This document shows positions 11,958-25,056 of a stretch of DNA of 64,000 nt, in pieces; within the stretch, counting starts at the first letter, position 1; each line of letters starts with the position of its first letter. A program made the translations under genes and the position numbers. The notes below the pieces were generated by a model that did not search any database, was not told the origin of the DNA, and saw only the letters and a list, made by a program, of their open reading frames with translations. Origin of the DNA: Hydrolagus affinis (taxonomy: Eukaryota); contig JAAILG010000048.1 of the NCBI GenBank assembly GCA_012026655.1, positions 1 to 64,000 on the forward strand. The letters run 5' to 3'.

Positions 11958-13599
11958 CATATGGGCTATAAAAACATGCAAAAAACCACTATGCCTAAAG
12001 TTGTAATGATTTCTCACCTCCTCAGATACTCCACTGTTTTAATAGATTCGTAAACACTGTTGTGATCCCGCTTCATACTGAAATTTGGATTATATGTTAA
12101 CCCATGTATTTGAAAGCATTGTTTCAATCAAATACTTATGTCGAATAGAAACAATTTTGGTTAAAGGTTAAAACGATGATGTAGGCTAGAGAAGTCAAGA
12201 GACATTTTTTATGACAAGCTGAAGTGTGTTAAAGTTTTTGTTAATAACAAATAAAATGTTTGTGTTAAAGATGATCTGCATAAGCAGTCTTGTTTAATAA
12301 CAATTCTGTAGGTGTAGTAATAATTCTGTAGATTATACTTTGCTGATATTCTTTTATAACAAAAACAATTCTGCAGTTGTAGTAGTTTGTGTAAGAAGAT
12401 TGATTGGTTCAGGGATATGATAATGGGAAGATTTTGCATGCTCATCCTGACTGTGGAAAAAATCATTATGAAAGACGTATAGTGGAACTATAATTTGTTC
12501 AGCCTAGAACAGAGCATATCAGGTGCTGTCCACACAAGAGCCATCTTTCATGTGATGATATGAAATGGTGAAGCAAATATGTTTGTCTTTGGGGTTAAAA
12601 TCCATCAGTTTGTTCCATCGTTTCATCAACTTTCATTGACTCCAGTAATTTCAGGAAGAAGGAAAACTGCAGAAATTCCAGCATGTCTGAAATTGTTTGA
12701 TTAAATAACAGGAGGAGAATAATAACAATGTACAGTATAACACCTGTCGAGTAAAGTACACAGCTCAACTGTACTCCATTGAAGATTCGACTTTGACTTT
12801 GTAATTAACGAATCCAACACGATGTTTCTTGTCTGAAGCAAGAGACTTTTCATTGGATGCAAGACTTTTGTCTGCTGTTTGTGAATTTTACCAACTGATT
12901 CCATCAAAGAAACAAAGATTTGTATGGTTGTATGGTTATGGACTGAATAATTATTGTTTTATTACTTTAATACAAATATTTATGTAAGTGATTAACTTGG
13001 TTTGTTGTATGGTGATAATTGAACTTACAAATTTAACATTTCTTATTATTAAGTAAAATAATTTTCAAAGCATAAGTTGTTGACTGTCTTTGGTTCCTCT
13101 GTTCTCAGGACCTTTATTAAAAGTGGGCTCAATAGAATAAATCTGTTTGATTCTGTTCATTGCCCCAGAACCCAATAATGCAAAAGCAAGAAGTCCTTTG
13201 AATCCCTTTACTGTTTCATTCCTCCTTCACTCTACAAACTCTTTTAACTTGCTACCCATTCCCTCCACTTCTCCAATTGGCATTATTGCTTGTCTCTTGC
13301 TTCCTCTTTCTACCATCAGTGGCCACTATTGCTCTATCCTCTGGAACACTCAAAATCTTGTAGCTTTACTTCCTCTCTCCCTGCATTTAAAAACATCAAA
13401 AGAACATCTTTTCAGACACGATTTTAGTCAACATCCTTCACCCTCCCTTCTCAGTTCAATGCTCCTTGTCATAGGAGCTATAGGGTTTTTATTCCATGTG
13501 AAAGCCACTATTACAGTATAGGATCAAGCACAAGGATTGTGAAAATGTGAATTTCATTATCACAAATGTTTATCGAAGTTGCATTATTTAAAATATTTG

Positions 13600-13781
13600 A
13601 GAGGAAAGTACTTTGTAGCTAGGAAAGAGGTATAGTGACGGATATAGTAATGGCTAAGTAATGGCATTAAGTTACAGCTCAGTCATGATCCAATGACTAA
13701 TACCCGAAAATGGCTGATAGATTTAATGCCTGAAAATGGTGGAACTTATTCGATGTGCTGAATGGTCTACTCCTGTTCCTA
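13600..13781 (+). mobile_element. CR1 3' tail of a second family, decayed
   Basis: CAGTCATGATC...GCTGAATGGTCTACTCCTGTTCCTAT; related to the reverse complement of 59370-59603. Confidence 0.6.
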
Positions 13782-15030
13782 TAACCTTCTGCTAAGTTGT
13801 TCAGGCCATTGAAGTGAGAGAAGGGAGCGTGAAGGATATTGACTAAAATTGTGTCTAAAAAGATGTTCTTCCAATGTTTTTGAAACATAACAACAAAAGG
13901 AAATTCTCCCTGTAAATCTATTCCAGTGCTCTACTTGACATGATTTTAAGAAATTTTTGGAATATTCACCCCCACCCCATACCCTTGGTTATTTCTTATA
14001 TGACCACTTTTTGCCAGAGATATTGAAATCTTTCCTAATCACCAACTCTTTTTTACCTCAACAACTCTCTGTACAACTTCCCAGTTTGATCTGGGAGTTG
14101 ATAGCAGTTGCCAATTATATTTTGTTACCTTTATCATAACCAATTTCTACCCAGATTGCTTCAGCCATCTCTCCTGCTGTTATATATCTCGACAGCTGTT
14201 CGAACCTTCTTTTCCAATAATGCCACTCCTCTGCTTTGCTTCACAAGTCCTTGCAAAACAATTTATACCCCCTTAGATCTTTGTATTCTTCAAAGGCAAA
14301 CAGCAACTTGCTGGAAATTTGTTGAAACCTTTACAATAGCAGTTAACTTAGGCCAAAGCCATCTGGAAATATATGCCTCAGTTAAATCAAAGAATAGTTT
14401 TTTCTTCATTGCGTCGCACATTTAGAGCACTTTAATGTAGTTTATTAGATTTTTCTCTGCATTTGATTTACAATACATAGTAGCATTATGGAGATCTTAA
14501 TTCATCCTAAAAAGACAAGTTGATTTCACTCCTCATCATGTTTGTTGATGATTGGATATTCCTTACAAAAATGATTTGCCATGTTTGCCTACATAACCTG
14601 GACTCAGTTGATATTGGGGGCTGACACTTAAGTACACAAGGTTCAAGCTGTCACTGAATACTGTGCTGTAGGTGTGCTACATTGATGGAGATGCCTCCAA
14701 AATAACATTTACTTCATTTATTTTGCAAAGTATTTTGAGATCGCTTTACTTTAAGTAAACTGTGCCTCATAAATGCATATTGTTGTTAATTGCTACTTAA
14801 ATTGCTTGTTAGGTGAGTTAATTGTAGCAATACCACATGGATGGGAGTGATGGAGCAATTGGCTGCAGAATCATGATCTGCTTTGTTTAACGGAAAGACG
14901 TGATTTTTATGTACTGTATATACATTTAACATTATTCCAGCAATGGAATTTCATCTTTCAGGTCCCATCAGTGCTAAAGACTATATCTCAGAATAAATTT
15001 GGATTACTGAATACCTTTTTCAATTCAAAA

Positions 15031-16714
15031 CCTCTAAATGAGTATTTTGCATCTGTCTTTACAAAAGAAGAAGATGCAGCCAATACCCCAATACCAGAGG
15101 ATAGGGTAGAGGAAATGGATAGGATAAGTATAAACAGAGAGGAAGTACTAAAAAGGTTGACGGCGCTCAAGATAAGTCGCCCGGTCCGGATGGGATGCAT
15201 CCTAGGTTACTAAGGGAAGTACGGGAGCAACTACAGAGGCTCTGGCCACAATCTTTCAATCTTCCTTGGACACAGGGGTGGTGCCAGATGACTGGAAGGT
15301 TGCTAACGTTACTCCTGTGTACAAAAAGGGGCAGAAGGACAAACCTGGGAACTACAGTCAGTCTGCCAGTCAGACTAACATCAGCAGTGAGGAAACTAGA
15401 GACTATAATCAGGGACAAGATAGATCTTCACTAAGAAAGATATAGGTTAATAAAGGACAGCCAGCACGGATTTGCTAAAGGCAAATGTTGGTTGACAAAT
15501 CTAATAGAATTTTTTGATGAGGTAACAGAATGGGTGGATGAGGGTAGTACAGTTGATGTCGTTTATATGGACTTTCAAAAGGCATTTGACAAAGTGCCAC
15601 ATAAAAGGTTTATAAAGAAAATAGAGGTGTTAAAAGGACAGTGGCAGCATGGATCCAAAACTGGCTGGGAGACAGAAAGCAGAGAGTTGTGGTGAATGGC
15701 TGTTTTTCTGACTGGAGGGAAGTGTACAGTGTCCCCCAGGGATCGGTATTGGGACCACTGCTCTTTTTCATTTATTAATAATCTGGACTTGGGTATAGGG
15801 AGTACCATTTCAAAGTTTGCAGATGACACAAAGTTAGGAATAATAATAAATAGTGAGGAGGACAGTAGCCATCTGCAAGAATATATAGACCGAATGATAA
15901 AATGGGCAGACATATGGCAGATGAAATTTAATGTACAGAAATGTGATGCATTTTGGGAGGAGAAATTAGGGGAGGCAATATAGGCTAGGTAGTACAATTT
16001 TAAGGGGTGTGAAGGACAGAGAGACCTGGGAGTTTGTGGAAGTAATTCTTTGAAGGTGGCAGGACAGGTAGACAAGGTTGTTAAAAAAGCATACAGGATC
16101 CTAAGCTTTATAAATAGGGGCATAGAGTACAAAAGTCAGAAAGTTCTGACTAACCTCTATAAAACTTTGGTTAGACTTCAGCTAACCTCAGTACTGTGTA
16201 CAATTCTGGTCACCACACTTTAGGAAGGATGTTAAGGCATTGGAAAGGGTGCAGAGGAGATTCATCAGGAGGGACTGCAGCTATGAGGAAAGGCTAGAGA
16301 GGCTAGGCTTATTCTCATTGGAACAGAGAAGGTTACGAGGAGAACTAATAGAGGTTTTTAAGATCATGAGGGGATTCGACAGAGTAAACAAGGAAAAACT
16401 GTTTCCACTGGTGGGTGTATCAGTGACTCGTGGTCACAGATTTAACATAGTTTCAAAAAGAAGCAGAGCGGAGATGAGGAGAATTTTTTTCACTCAGCGA
16501 GTTGTTCGAATTTGGAATGCATTGTCTGAAAAGGTGGTGGAGGCCGATTCGATAACAACTTCTAAAAGAGAGGTAGACAGTTATTTGGGGAGGACAGGTT
16601 TGCGAGGTTATGGGGAGGGAGCTGGGGAGTGGGATTAAATTGCTCTTTTTAAAGAGCTGGCACAGACTTGATGGGCCGAATGGCCTCCTTTTGTGCCGTA
16701 AGATTCTATGATTC
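15031..16714 (+). mobile_element. CR1 LINE, 5'-truncated, disrupted ORF2 with RT domain
   Basis: Frameshifted peptides LNEYFASVFTKE, TNLIEFFDEVT...DFQKAFDKVPH, ISKFADDTKLG (RT catalytic), ERVQRRF...GLFSLEQRRLRG...FFTQRVVRIWNAL; ends GATGGGCCGAATGGCCT...ATTCTATGATTCT. Confidence 0.97.
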
Positions 16715-17259
16715 TCTGTGAACTTTGCTCCAGATTATTTTGCAGTTTGCTTTTTTATAAGATTTTTACTTTTGGCTACATTGTAGTCACAACTCAAACG
16801 TACTGTAGTTTTGTTTTATAAGATGACTGTGTTAAAACGGATGGAGTGTATTTAATTTAAAGAGTGTTTAAAATTGGTCATATAAATCATCAAAGCAAAT
16901 ATAAACATACTTTGAAATTTTACTCTGTTCTTTTTTTAACTATTTCTTCTCTTTTGCTGTATGTCAGTGGTTTTAGGGCTAAAAACTATTTAGTTAAATG
17001 CTGCAGTAAAATATGAGAGTGCAAGGAGAGTTATCATGTGGTTGATCTTATTGCCAGGTCTGTGGTCAGCAATTAGCAACAAACCCTACTCACAAGTGAG
17101 GGCTGTAATGGTGTTGCAGAATTTGGCTGTGAGGAGTGTTAATAGCTTGCAGCTGCTGCACTAATAGTTAAAAGCTCATGGGTCCAGTGTTATATATTTA
17201 GCACTGGCTTAAAACAAGGTTTTACCTTGTGACTATTTCAGAATTTTTTTTTCTCTCAT

Positions 17260-17640
17260 GTTGGGATAAAGTTCCACAAACTTCACCAGTCCCCTGGTAC
17301 CCAGGACAAATGACATTCTTCATACGTGAGAATAGACTGTTAGTGTCTGCTTGCAATGTGATGACTGTGAGGGAGTACCGCAACCAATATCTAATCTGTC
17401 CTCACCAAATTCCATGTACAAGCACTTTTTCCGTGAGTCAATTAATGAGAATCAATATTGGGAACCATGGCTTGCTTCCCTCCTCCCCGGATTAAGGATA
17501 TTGAGACCAACTCCAGTGTTCCCAACTACTGTATTTGGTAAAGATCAGGTAAATTAGTACAGTATTGGAGACTGAACTGGATGCATTCCTTACCTGTTGG
17601 GTGTAGCACTACACCACAGAGGTGCATTGCTGACTGAATC
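17260..17640 (-). mobile_element. Old SINE, AmnSINE2-like, near full length
   Basis: Segments CATTCTTCATACGTGAG, CTGTCCTCACC, GGAACCATGGCTTG, TGAGACCAACT recur at about 18800, 53970, 58045 and inverted at 19880-20290; order matches the AmnSINE2 consensus as I recall it. Confidence 0.6.
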
Positions 17641-18799
17641 ATCAGAAGTCCAAACACTAAAAAAAAAGTTTGTTTATTCAGCCATCTGCCTGATACAACA
17701 GTTATGCAATAGGCAAGATAATTCTCTTGATGTACAGTACTGTATTCGCTGGTTAACCATTGTGTCCAAAGGTAATCAATGTATATACTTTACTGGAGTT
17801 CACATTGATTCTCTGAACACCAGCATTACAAATATAAAGGCAGAAAAGAGCAATGAGTAGGGCAGAATGTTTTTTGGGCTTGGAAGAAAGTACACCAAGG
17901 TTTGTATAGGAGTCACATCCTCCAAACTACCACTGCAATATCCATTTTACTGGGTGGGTGGTAGGGGGGTGGAGAGAATATAAAATAATTTGCCTGTTGC
18001 AGATGGAACACGGACACCCACATCGACAGCTCATTAGTGGGAATGACCTGTCTCTGGAAATGATATTATGGGGGGTAAAAATCCAGAAGTTTGTCTCAAT
18101 CATTTTAACAAGAGCCCAAGGCAGCAATCACCACAGCTCTGCCTACTGCAGAGAAGGCATTCTCCCTGGTCAACAGATGGGGGAGCTGTTGGTTTGGAAT
18201 CCAAACCACAGATGTTGCTAATTTGCTGGGTGCTGATGGTAAATGCAGAGGATGATACAGACATAGGCAGCCCTGTAGGGAGAACATATTGCAATACAGA
18301 TCTGCAACTGATTCTTGCAGGGAATGAGTAAGTGTTCTGGAGAGTATCATGAATACATTCTCAGCTGTGGATGTTTATGGTCCAAAATTATCAGCGATTT
18401 GCTGAGGGTCACAGCTGCCCACATAGCAGCAAACATTGCACTTCTAACAAGCATGGGGCAGATGGTACAAATTGACTTCTTGCAAAGAATGTTTTTGGTA
18501 TGGCTATTTTCGGGGAATTGTGAGCAGTTTTAGAAGAAAAAAAATTGATATGATTTAATGACATGCTGTTACTCTGGAGCAACACCAGAGAAAGCACATT
18601 CTCGTCTCATGGTCGGGATCATTCCCTTTGCGTTCCAAAGCAGAGAATGAAACTTAATCTTATTTTGCACGTTATTAATTGTGAATAAATTTTCAGGCAT
18701 TCCAAACTTTGTGAGCAGTATGTTTTCTTTACAACAAAAATAACAACAAAATTACATTCGTATACAGAATCCAGAAGAGGTTTGACTCATTTTACCTTC

Positions 18800-18950
18800 T
18801 ACTGGGGTACAGTTCCCTGAGGCTTTCCTGCACTTCAACACCTCAGTGACCATTATTCATGAACAGTGAGTGTCTGCTGGCTATTAGATTGCGAGAAACA
18901 TCACAGACAAGCACAATCCTGGTCTCACCCAACATCTGCACAGGTACCTC
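18800..18950 (-). mobile_element. AmnSINE2-like 3' fragment
   Basis: CTGGGGTACAGTTCC...GACCATTATTCATG...CAGTGAGTGTCTGCTGGCTATT...TCCTGGTCTCACCCAACATC. Confidence 0.65.
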
Positions 18951-19331
18951 ACCGAAAAGTTGGGTTTGAACCTATAACTGATGGACAGTGGCCTGTTGGA
19001 TGGCACCTGTTTATTTGCCAATAGGGATTTGGTGCATCAGGAAGACCTACAACAAAGTGGTTCATGCCTCGATGTCCACATTTCCTGATTTCTCGTAAGT
19101 TCCTGATTTTGGTCAGGTTATCAGGGGAGTTAGGTTACTCCTGATGGCTGCTTGCAGAACAGCATCAATGGGTATATCTGAGAGCAGGGCATGTATTCCC
19201 AGGTCAAACAAACTGTGCTGATCAGGAAAATTGAAATAAGAGACAATATAATTTAAAAAACTGAAAAATACCAAATCGAAATCAGAAATGTAGATACAGG
19301 AAAAAATAAATGTTACTTGGGTTAGCTTTTT

Positions 19332-19667
19332 TGTGGAGCTCCTGTGGCTTAGTGGTTAGAGCACTTATCTTGCAAGCTGAGACCAAGCTGGGGAGATCTG
19401 TATTCGAATCCAGGCAGGTCAAGACGAAACCTTGGGCAAGTTTCCTTGCTCCACACACCTAATAATAATCCGTCCAAAAAAAACACAATAATAAAATTGG
19501 TCATTTCAATCCACGACTGTTTGTGGGACACTGCTGTACGAGATTGGCTGCCATAATTCGCCCACAAATATATAGTTAATTCACTTTACAGTATATTCTG
19601 TGAAGCGCTTTGGGACGTCGATAGGATGTGAAAAACGCAATATCAAATGCAAGGATTATTATTATTA
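19332..19667 (+). mobile_element. Short tRNA-Deu-L2 SINE, full length
   Basis: Pol III A box TGGCTTAGTGG (19345-19355), B box ATTCGAATCC (19402-19411), Deu 3' segment TGTTTGTGGGACACTGCTGT, tail AAATGCAAGG(ATT)n. Confidence 0.95.
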
Positions 19668-19879
19668 TGATGTAACAGTGTAGGCTCAATGGGCCCAAAG
19701 GCCTATGTCTCTCTCCTGTGCTGGGGTGAAACTCAACAGGTGTCAACCACCCTCCAGAACCTTGGCAAAATGCCCTTGATTCAAGCCTAGCTCTGCATTA
19801 CTCAGTTTGACACCTCTCATTGACCATCAGCAGCCAGCAACTGCGATGAGTAAAGAGGTCTGGAAAGTCATTTTAAATA

Positions 19880-20290
19880 TAAGATATACAGCCCGGGTTC
19901 AATCCTCAGTTAAATGATCTCAGCTGGGGCATCTCATAGATGCATAAAGCAGTATGATGAATGGATGGTGCATTGGGATTAAAAGATCTTCCAAAATCTG
20001 ATTGAATATGATAGTGGAATAAACTCAATGGAATGAATCACTTCCTATTGTTCCTATATGTTTCCAAAGAGAGCTACAATTGACCACTGTATCCTTTGAT
20101 TAAGGAGGGAAAATTAGCAGGGGTTCGACCACTTCCCCACTATCCCATCTCCCTTGTTGTACTTTGTTATGTGGACATGGGCTGAAGACCTGTGGTCGTT
20201 TTGACTACCAATGTTCACAGACAATGTTCACACATCTAGGATGGGTACAGAGACAAAGGTGACTGCTGTTTATGGAAAAATAAACCAGTG
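19880..20290 (+). mobile_element. AmnSINE2-like SINE interrupted by a decayed CR1 tail (about 19930-20065)
   Basis: GGTTCAATCC...TGATCTCAGCTGGGGCA, resuming GCTACAATTGACC...GGAGGGAAAATTAGCAGGGGTTC. Confidence 0.55.
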
Positions 20291-22170
20291 AAAGGAACAA
20301 AAATGTACCTCTGTCCTGCCCCACTTCCTAAAAATGTTTTCCTTTAATAATCTTTGTAGGCATTTATATTCACTGGTAAACTTGGAAAATGGGAGAAATT
20401 TAGTAGTAAATCAACAGAATCAAATCTCATTCAGCTAATGCTATCCACTTTCATAATTTTTTCAGGTGAACTAGTGTTCAGAACATCATATTCTTACAAA
20501 ATCAAAAATATTATTACTTTCCCCAATTTTTAAAAAACTAAAGCCAGGATATAAAATTATACACATTGAAATATTTTTTTTTACTTATCTTTTTATGTGC
20601 CGTGCATAACTTAAAAACACAGCAGTACTGAAAACTAACAAAAACACCTCCAGACAAGAATATTTAAAATGTGTTAAAGTTTCCTTGCCGTTGAGTGATT
20701 TAAATTAGGATTACATTAGGATTCCCTGGGCCAGTGACTGATTTAAAACCAGTGACTCTTCTTATTGCTAATATGATTTATTTTGTCTGAACTGTAGCAT
20801 TTCACACTTGTGCGACATTCTGAGAACAAAACAGAAATAAACCAGATTCAGCTCAATGAGAAATTCAGCAAATGTATAAAATTGTTACGAGGGATCAACA
20901 AGTACTGTACCCTCCACCACCCAGCCATCAAAGATTGCTTCATAACCATCCAATTTAACATTATACTATCAGACTCATATTCACAAAGTGACAATAAAAA
21001 GAATAATTTACAACTTGGAAGTGAAACAGATGGGATTCCTTTAAATGTTTGCTTTCAACAGGAACAAAATCATATTGTTGTAAAATAAAAGACTTTAAGG
21101 ACAATTCGCTTTGAAATGTTGCTCTACATAAAGGTGGCATAGAGATTAATTTTAGTGTTGATTCTCTATTGCTCATTAATTTACCAAGCAAAATCTCATC
21201 CCCAAAACAGACCTTAAATGCTTTTACAGTTTAAGCAGACATAATACTGATAGAAGGCAATAGAAGGCAAGTGTATATTGAAGATTTTACCAAGCCAGTG
21301 ATTGATTTATTATTTGGGTTCTTGTGTTAAAAATGTCAATATTGTAGTAAAATTCCTCAGCTATCTTTCCTTCCATGTTCATTAGTGTACACACGAAAAC
21401 CTACAGACGAACCAATTCTGGTTGTAAAGCTACTGGGTTACTCTCAACCAAGTAACATCTATTTCCATGCACAGGAGACTTGGGTCGCTCAGTCTTCTTT
21501 TCTTTCAATTCTGTGTACCTGAAGTACTGGCAGATCTGTCAAGCTCAGTACATTATCAGGCATGATGGTATATGAGCGCAAGTAGAACCTGTCAGTTTCT
21601 AATTCTGTAACCCACCAAGAGACTAATATGAAAAACCCCATGGTAGTTTATTCAGTTGAAAGATTTAAGGCACGATTATAGTGCACATGTGATGTCCGTG
21701 ATGTAATTTGGCAGCTGTCATTTTATTATTTCCCCTAAAAATCCATTAGGGCTGACATCAGAAATCCTGTCTAAAATAGGCTGGCTTCATGATATTATTA
21801 TAACATAATTTTCTCTTTTTGTCGTCCATTTTCATCTCTCCCTTCATGGTTGGTCTCTACTGTCCCATCACCCTTCACTCAAAGGAGAAGGCTACAGGAT
21901 AAAGCCAATCTGTGGATTCAGTCATGCTGGAGTAAACCATCAGGCTAAACGCCAACTCACAATGAAAAAGACTCCACATGAACCGGATGGGAACTGATGA
22001 AATGTAATAACGGTAACAATAATATTTTTATTTGCATTGTGCCTTTCACATGAAATAAGCCTCCCAAAGTGCTTCACAAAATAATAGGGTGAATGTAAAA
22101 TGCTAAATGTAAAATGCAAAACATTTGCAAAAATGCAATACAAATGCAATGCTATGGCATTTTACATTCA

Positions 22171-22238
22171 AAGTACTCTGAGATGCAGTCCAGCGTGGAG
22201 GACGCTATATAAATCGAAGTTGTTGATGTTGTTGTTGT
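22171..22238 (+). mobile_element. L2 3' tail, second subfamily
   Basis: CTCTGAGATGCAGTCCAGCGTGGAGGACGCTATATAAATCGAAG(TTG)n; near-identical to 36068-36130. Confidence 0.85.
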
Positions 22239-23363
22239 AAATGGTGGCTCTCAAAGCTGCAATTTCCAAGTCTGCAATTTCTCAAAGCTCTCAAGGAAAA
22301 AAAAACCTTGTCCTTGGCAAGAGGCTTTTGTTGAAAACTATTCTCTCCAATTATTTTAATTATTTATCCGGGAATATAAGCGACAAAATTAGAGCTAAGA
22401 TAGAATCTAAGAAAAAACATTTGTTCACACAAAGGTGCAACACATTCTCTCGGATCTAAATGATGAGTTAATAAGGCAAAATAGCAGACCATTAAAACGT
22501 CCTTAAAATGCAGTTTTGTTTGAATGTGTCAGAATTCGCTTTCGTCAACGAAAATATATCTTCCGAAACAAATGCAGCAGTATTCAATGCACAGTAAAAT
22601 TAACACGAATTAAGAATCAGGTTTACAAATTGTGTGAAGTACTTTGAGAAGTAAAAGGCACTTGATATCAAATGAGGATTATTATTATCAAGAATTTTAG
22701 TTATGAAAGAAAGTTAAGAAAAGTTGGGTTACAGTACTTTAAAGTGATCTGCCTTGAATTTTGCCTTTGCTAAAATAAAATGTTTATATTTTAATATGTA
22801 GTGATTGAGGAAGGACTGTCAAGACGGCATATACCTCTTCAGTCCATATTTCTTGTTGATATGAATCCTGCATAAGCAGCAATTTCACAGTACACTGGAA
22901 AGAACAGTAAATCCTCAGTGGGTCTATGGTCCAAATTGACATTTTTTATGAGCATGCTAGAGTGAAAATTGAACATGTGATACAGCTTTCATTTTAAATA
23001 CTTTAAATGACAATGGTAAAGCTATCATTTTGATTTTAAATTAAAAATTAATCTAAAATATGTACATGGGCATGCAGTAAATATTTTATTCAACCCGTCG
23101 CACCATATTCCCACAGATGCTGACCTCGGATTAATATGGTACACTGTGCTTGAAACTTCTTGAACCAGTTATCCACCCCAGCTTGCTGTAAACAGGACAG
23201 AGCAGAACTCATAGAAATAGATGCAGTTGTTATTTAGAAACATGATCTTATAATTTCACATAAACTATAAATATAATCTAGTCTATATAAATATAGTCTA
23301 GTGTATGTTATACACATAGATTATCCTTATACTGTCTCATATAGACCATTATTATGAAGATGC

Positions 23364-23448
23364 AATAAGTACAATAACAGTGTATGCGAAACAGGGTAAC
23401 TAATTAATTACTCTGTTTTACATATACAGTACTGTTATTGTACTTATT
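23364..23448. repeat. 85-bp fold-back element (MITE-like hairpin)
   Basis: AATAAGTACAATAACAGT (23364-23381) is the exact reverse complement of 23431-23448; inner arms GTATGCGAAACAGGGTAA / TTACTCTGTTTTACATAT pair with transitions. Confidence 0.85.
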
Positions 23449-23774
23449 CTGTCTGTCTGATTAAATCATTTCCAAATTTCAACTGATCCATTTTCACTTC
23501 TCAGTCAGACATGGATCAGTTGTATTTTGATATGCTTTAATCAAACTGAAGTATTTTAATAATCACTGTTAATTATTTTGGTAGCATTCATGACATATGT
23601 TTTATATTCTCATTGCTTCACTGGAGGGGATCAGTAGCAGTTTAAAGTATGCTTCACTCTCTAGGTTTTATCATGCGGTATGTATCTGTAAAATTGTGCT
23701 CTCCTCTCTCTTCCTGCACAAATACACATATTAAATGTAACAGATTGACTGCCACTAAGAACAGCTATGCTAAT

Positions 23775-24175
23775 AATAATCTTTGTATTTCACTATCTCA
23801 TTGTGGAGAAGTCAAAAAATACTATACAGTGTACAGCAGCTGTATATTTGCAGGTAAACACTGCAAACAATTTTTGCACACAGCAATGGCTCACAACAGT
23901 CATGAAGTGAATGATCAATTTAACCTGTGGGATGATTAACCAGAACTCTGGAAGAAAATCTCTTCTTTTTTCAATAATGGTAATAATGGTATGGAATCTT
24001 TAATGGCTATCTGAACAAGTAGACAGGATCTTAATTTAATAATGATAATTCTTGCATTTGATATAGTGCCTTATCATGTCACCAAGATGTCTTAACACCT
24101 AATTTGATGGATGGCACGCACCACCGACAATACAGCAGATCTTCAACACTGTACTAGAATATCATCCCAGACTAC
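23775..24175 (-). mobile_element. Long Deu SINE, decayed, containing a second SINE tail (about 24040-24095)
   Basis: TTTGCACACAGCAATGGCTCACAACAG, GGAATCTTTAATGGCTATCTGAACAAGTAGACAGG. Confidence 0.65.
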
Positions 24176-24624
24176 AGGAAATATCAATTAATTCACTTAA
24201 CAAGGAATTGATCAAATAATTAATTTAGAAGATAGGCAGCTACAAAGTTTATCTGTAGATGACCAAATATATTGGTTGGCTACAGTAGTCAGTCTAGTTG
24301 GGGTTTTTGGATACTAATTTCCATGGAATGCAGTTGATTGCAACATTGGAGTTTACTCAAATGCCTCTAGGAGCAAATACATTTTCTTAAAGTTTTCCTG
24401 CCCTATTTACGTTGCACCACATTTGACGAATCAAAGTGAAAAGTGAAATATGCACTGAATTACTACATTGGAACCCACTTGCCAAACATTTTGACCAGGA
24501 GGTTTTAGCAACTGTCAGCCTCGCTAAATATATAGCACTTTTGTCTCCTAATCAGAAATGTTTGGGACTTTAAGATTTTTGGTTTCAGTTTAGTCTTCAT
24601 TAAGGTATCTGCATTGTTCCATCA

Positions 24625-25056
24625 TAATATTAATCTTTGCATTGGATATATCGCCTTATCATAGCAACAAGGTATATCAAAGCACTTCACAGGATATGTT
24701 GTAAAGAGGATTGCGTGTTTCGCAATTTCGTGGGCGAAACACGGCAGTCAATTTGCACACAGCAATGTCCACAAACAGTCATGGAGTGAGTGACCAATTT
24801 TATTTGGAGGATTATTGGCCAAGACACCAGGAGAAACTCCCATCTCTTTTTGAATAGTGCAATGAGATCATTAATGTCCATCTGCGCAGGCAGACCTCAG
24901 TTTAATGTTTCATCCAAAGGATGGTACCTCCAACAATGCCACACCTTTAGCACTGCATTGCAGTATCAGACTATGTCATTCCAAGTCTCAATGTGGTGCT
25001 TGAATCTCAAACCTTCTGGCTCAGAGGCAAGAGTGCTATTATGAGCCAAGTTGACA
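24625..25056 (-). mobile_element. Long Deu SINE, near full length
   Basis: Tail, Deu core TTGGCCAAGACACCAGGAGAAACTCC and head CTTGAATCTCAAACCTTCTGGCTCAGAGGCAAGAGTGCT; an opposite-strand Deu fragment follows (about 25065-25260). Confidence 0.88.

Noticed and set aside
18168-18190. CTCF-like GGTCAACAGATGGGGGAGC
   Set aside because: Poor fit at key core positions.
19333-19415. tRNA gene (also at 54343 and 62404)
   Set aside because: A and B boxes are present, but there is no acceptor stem and the sequence continues into SINE body and tail.
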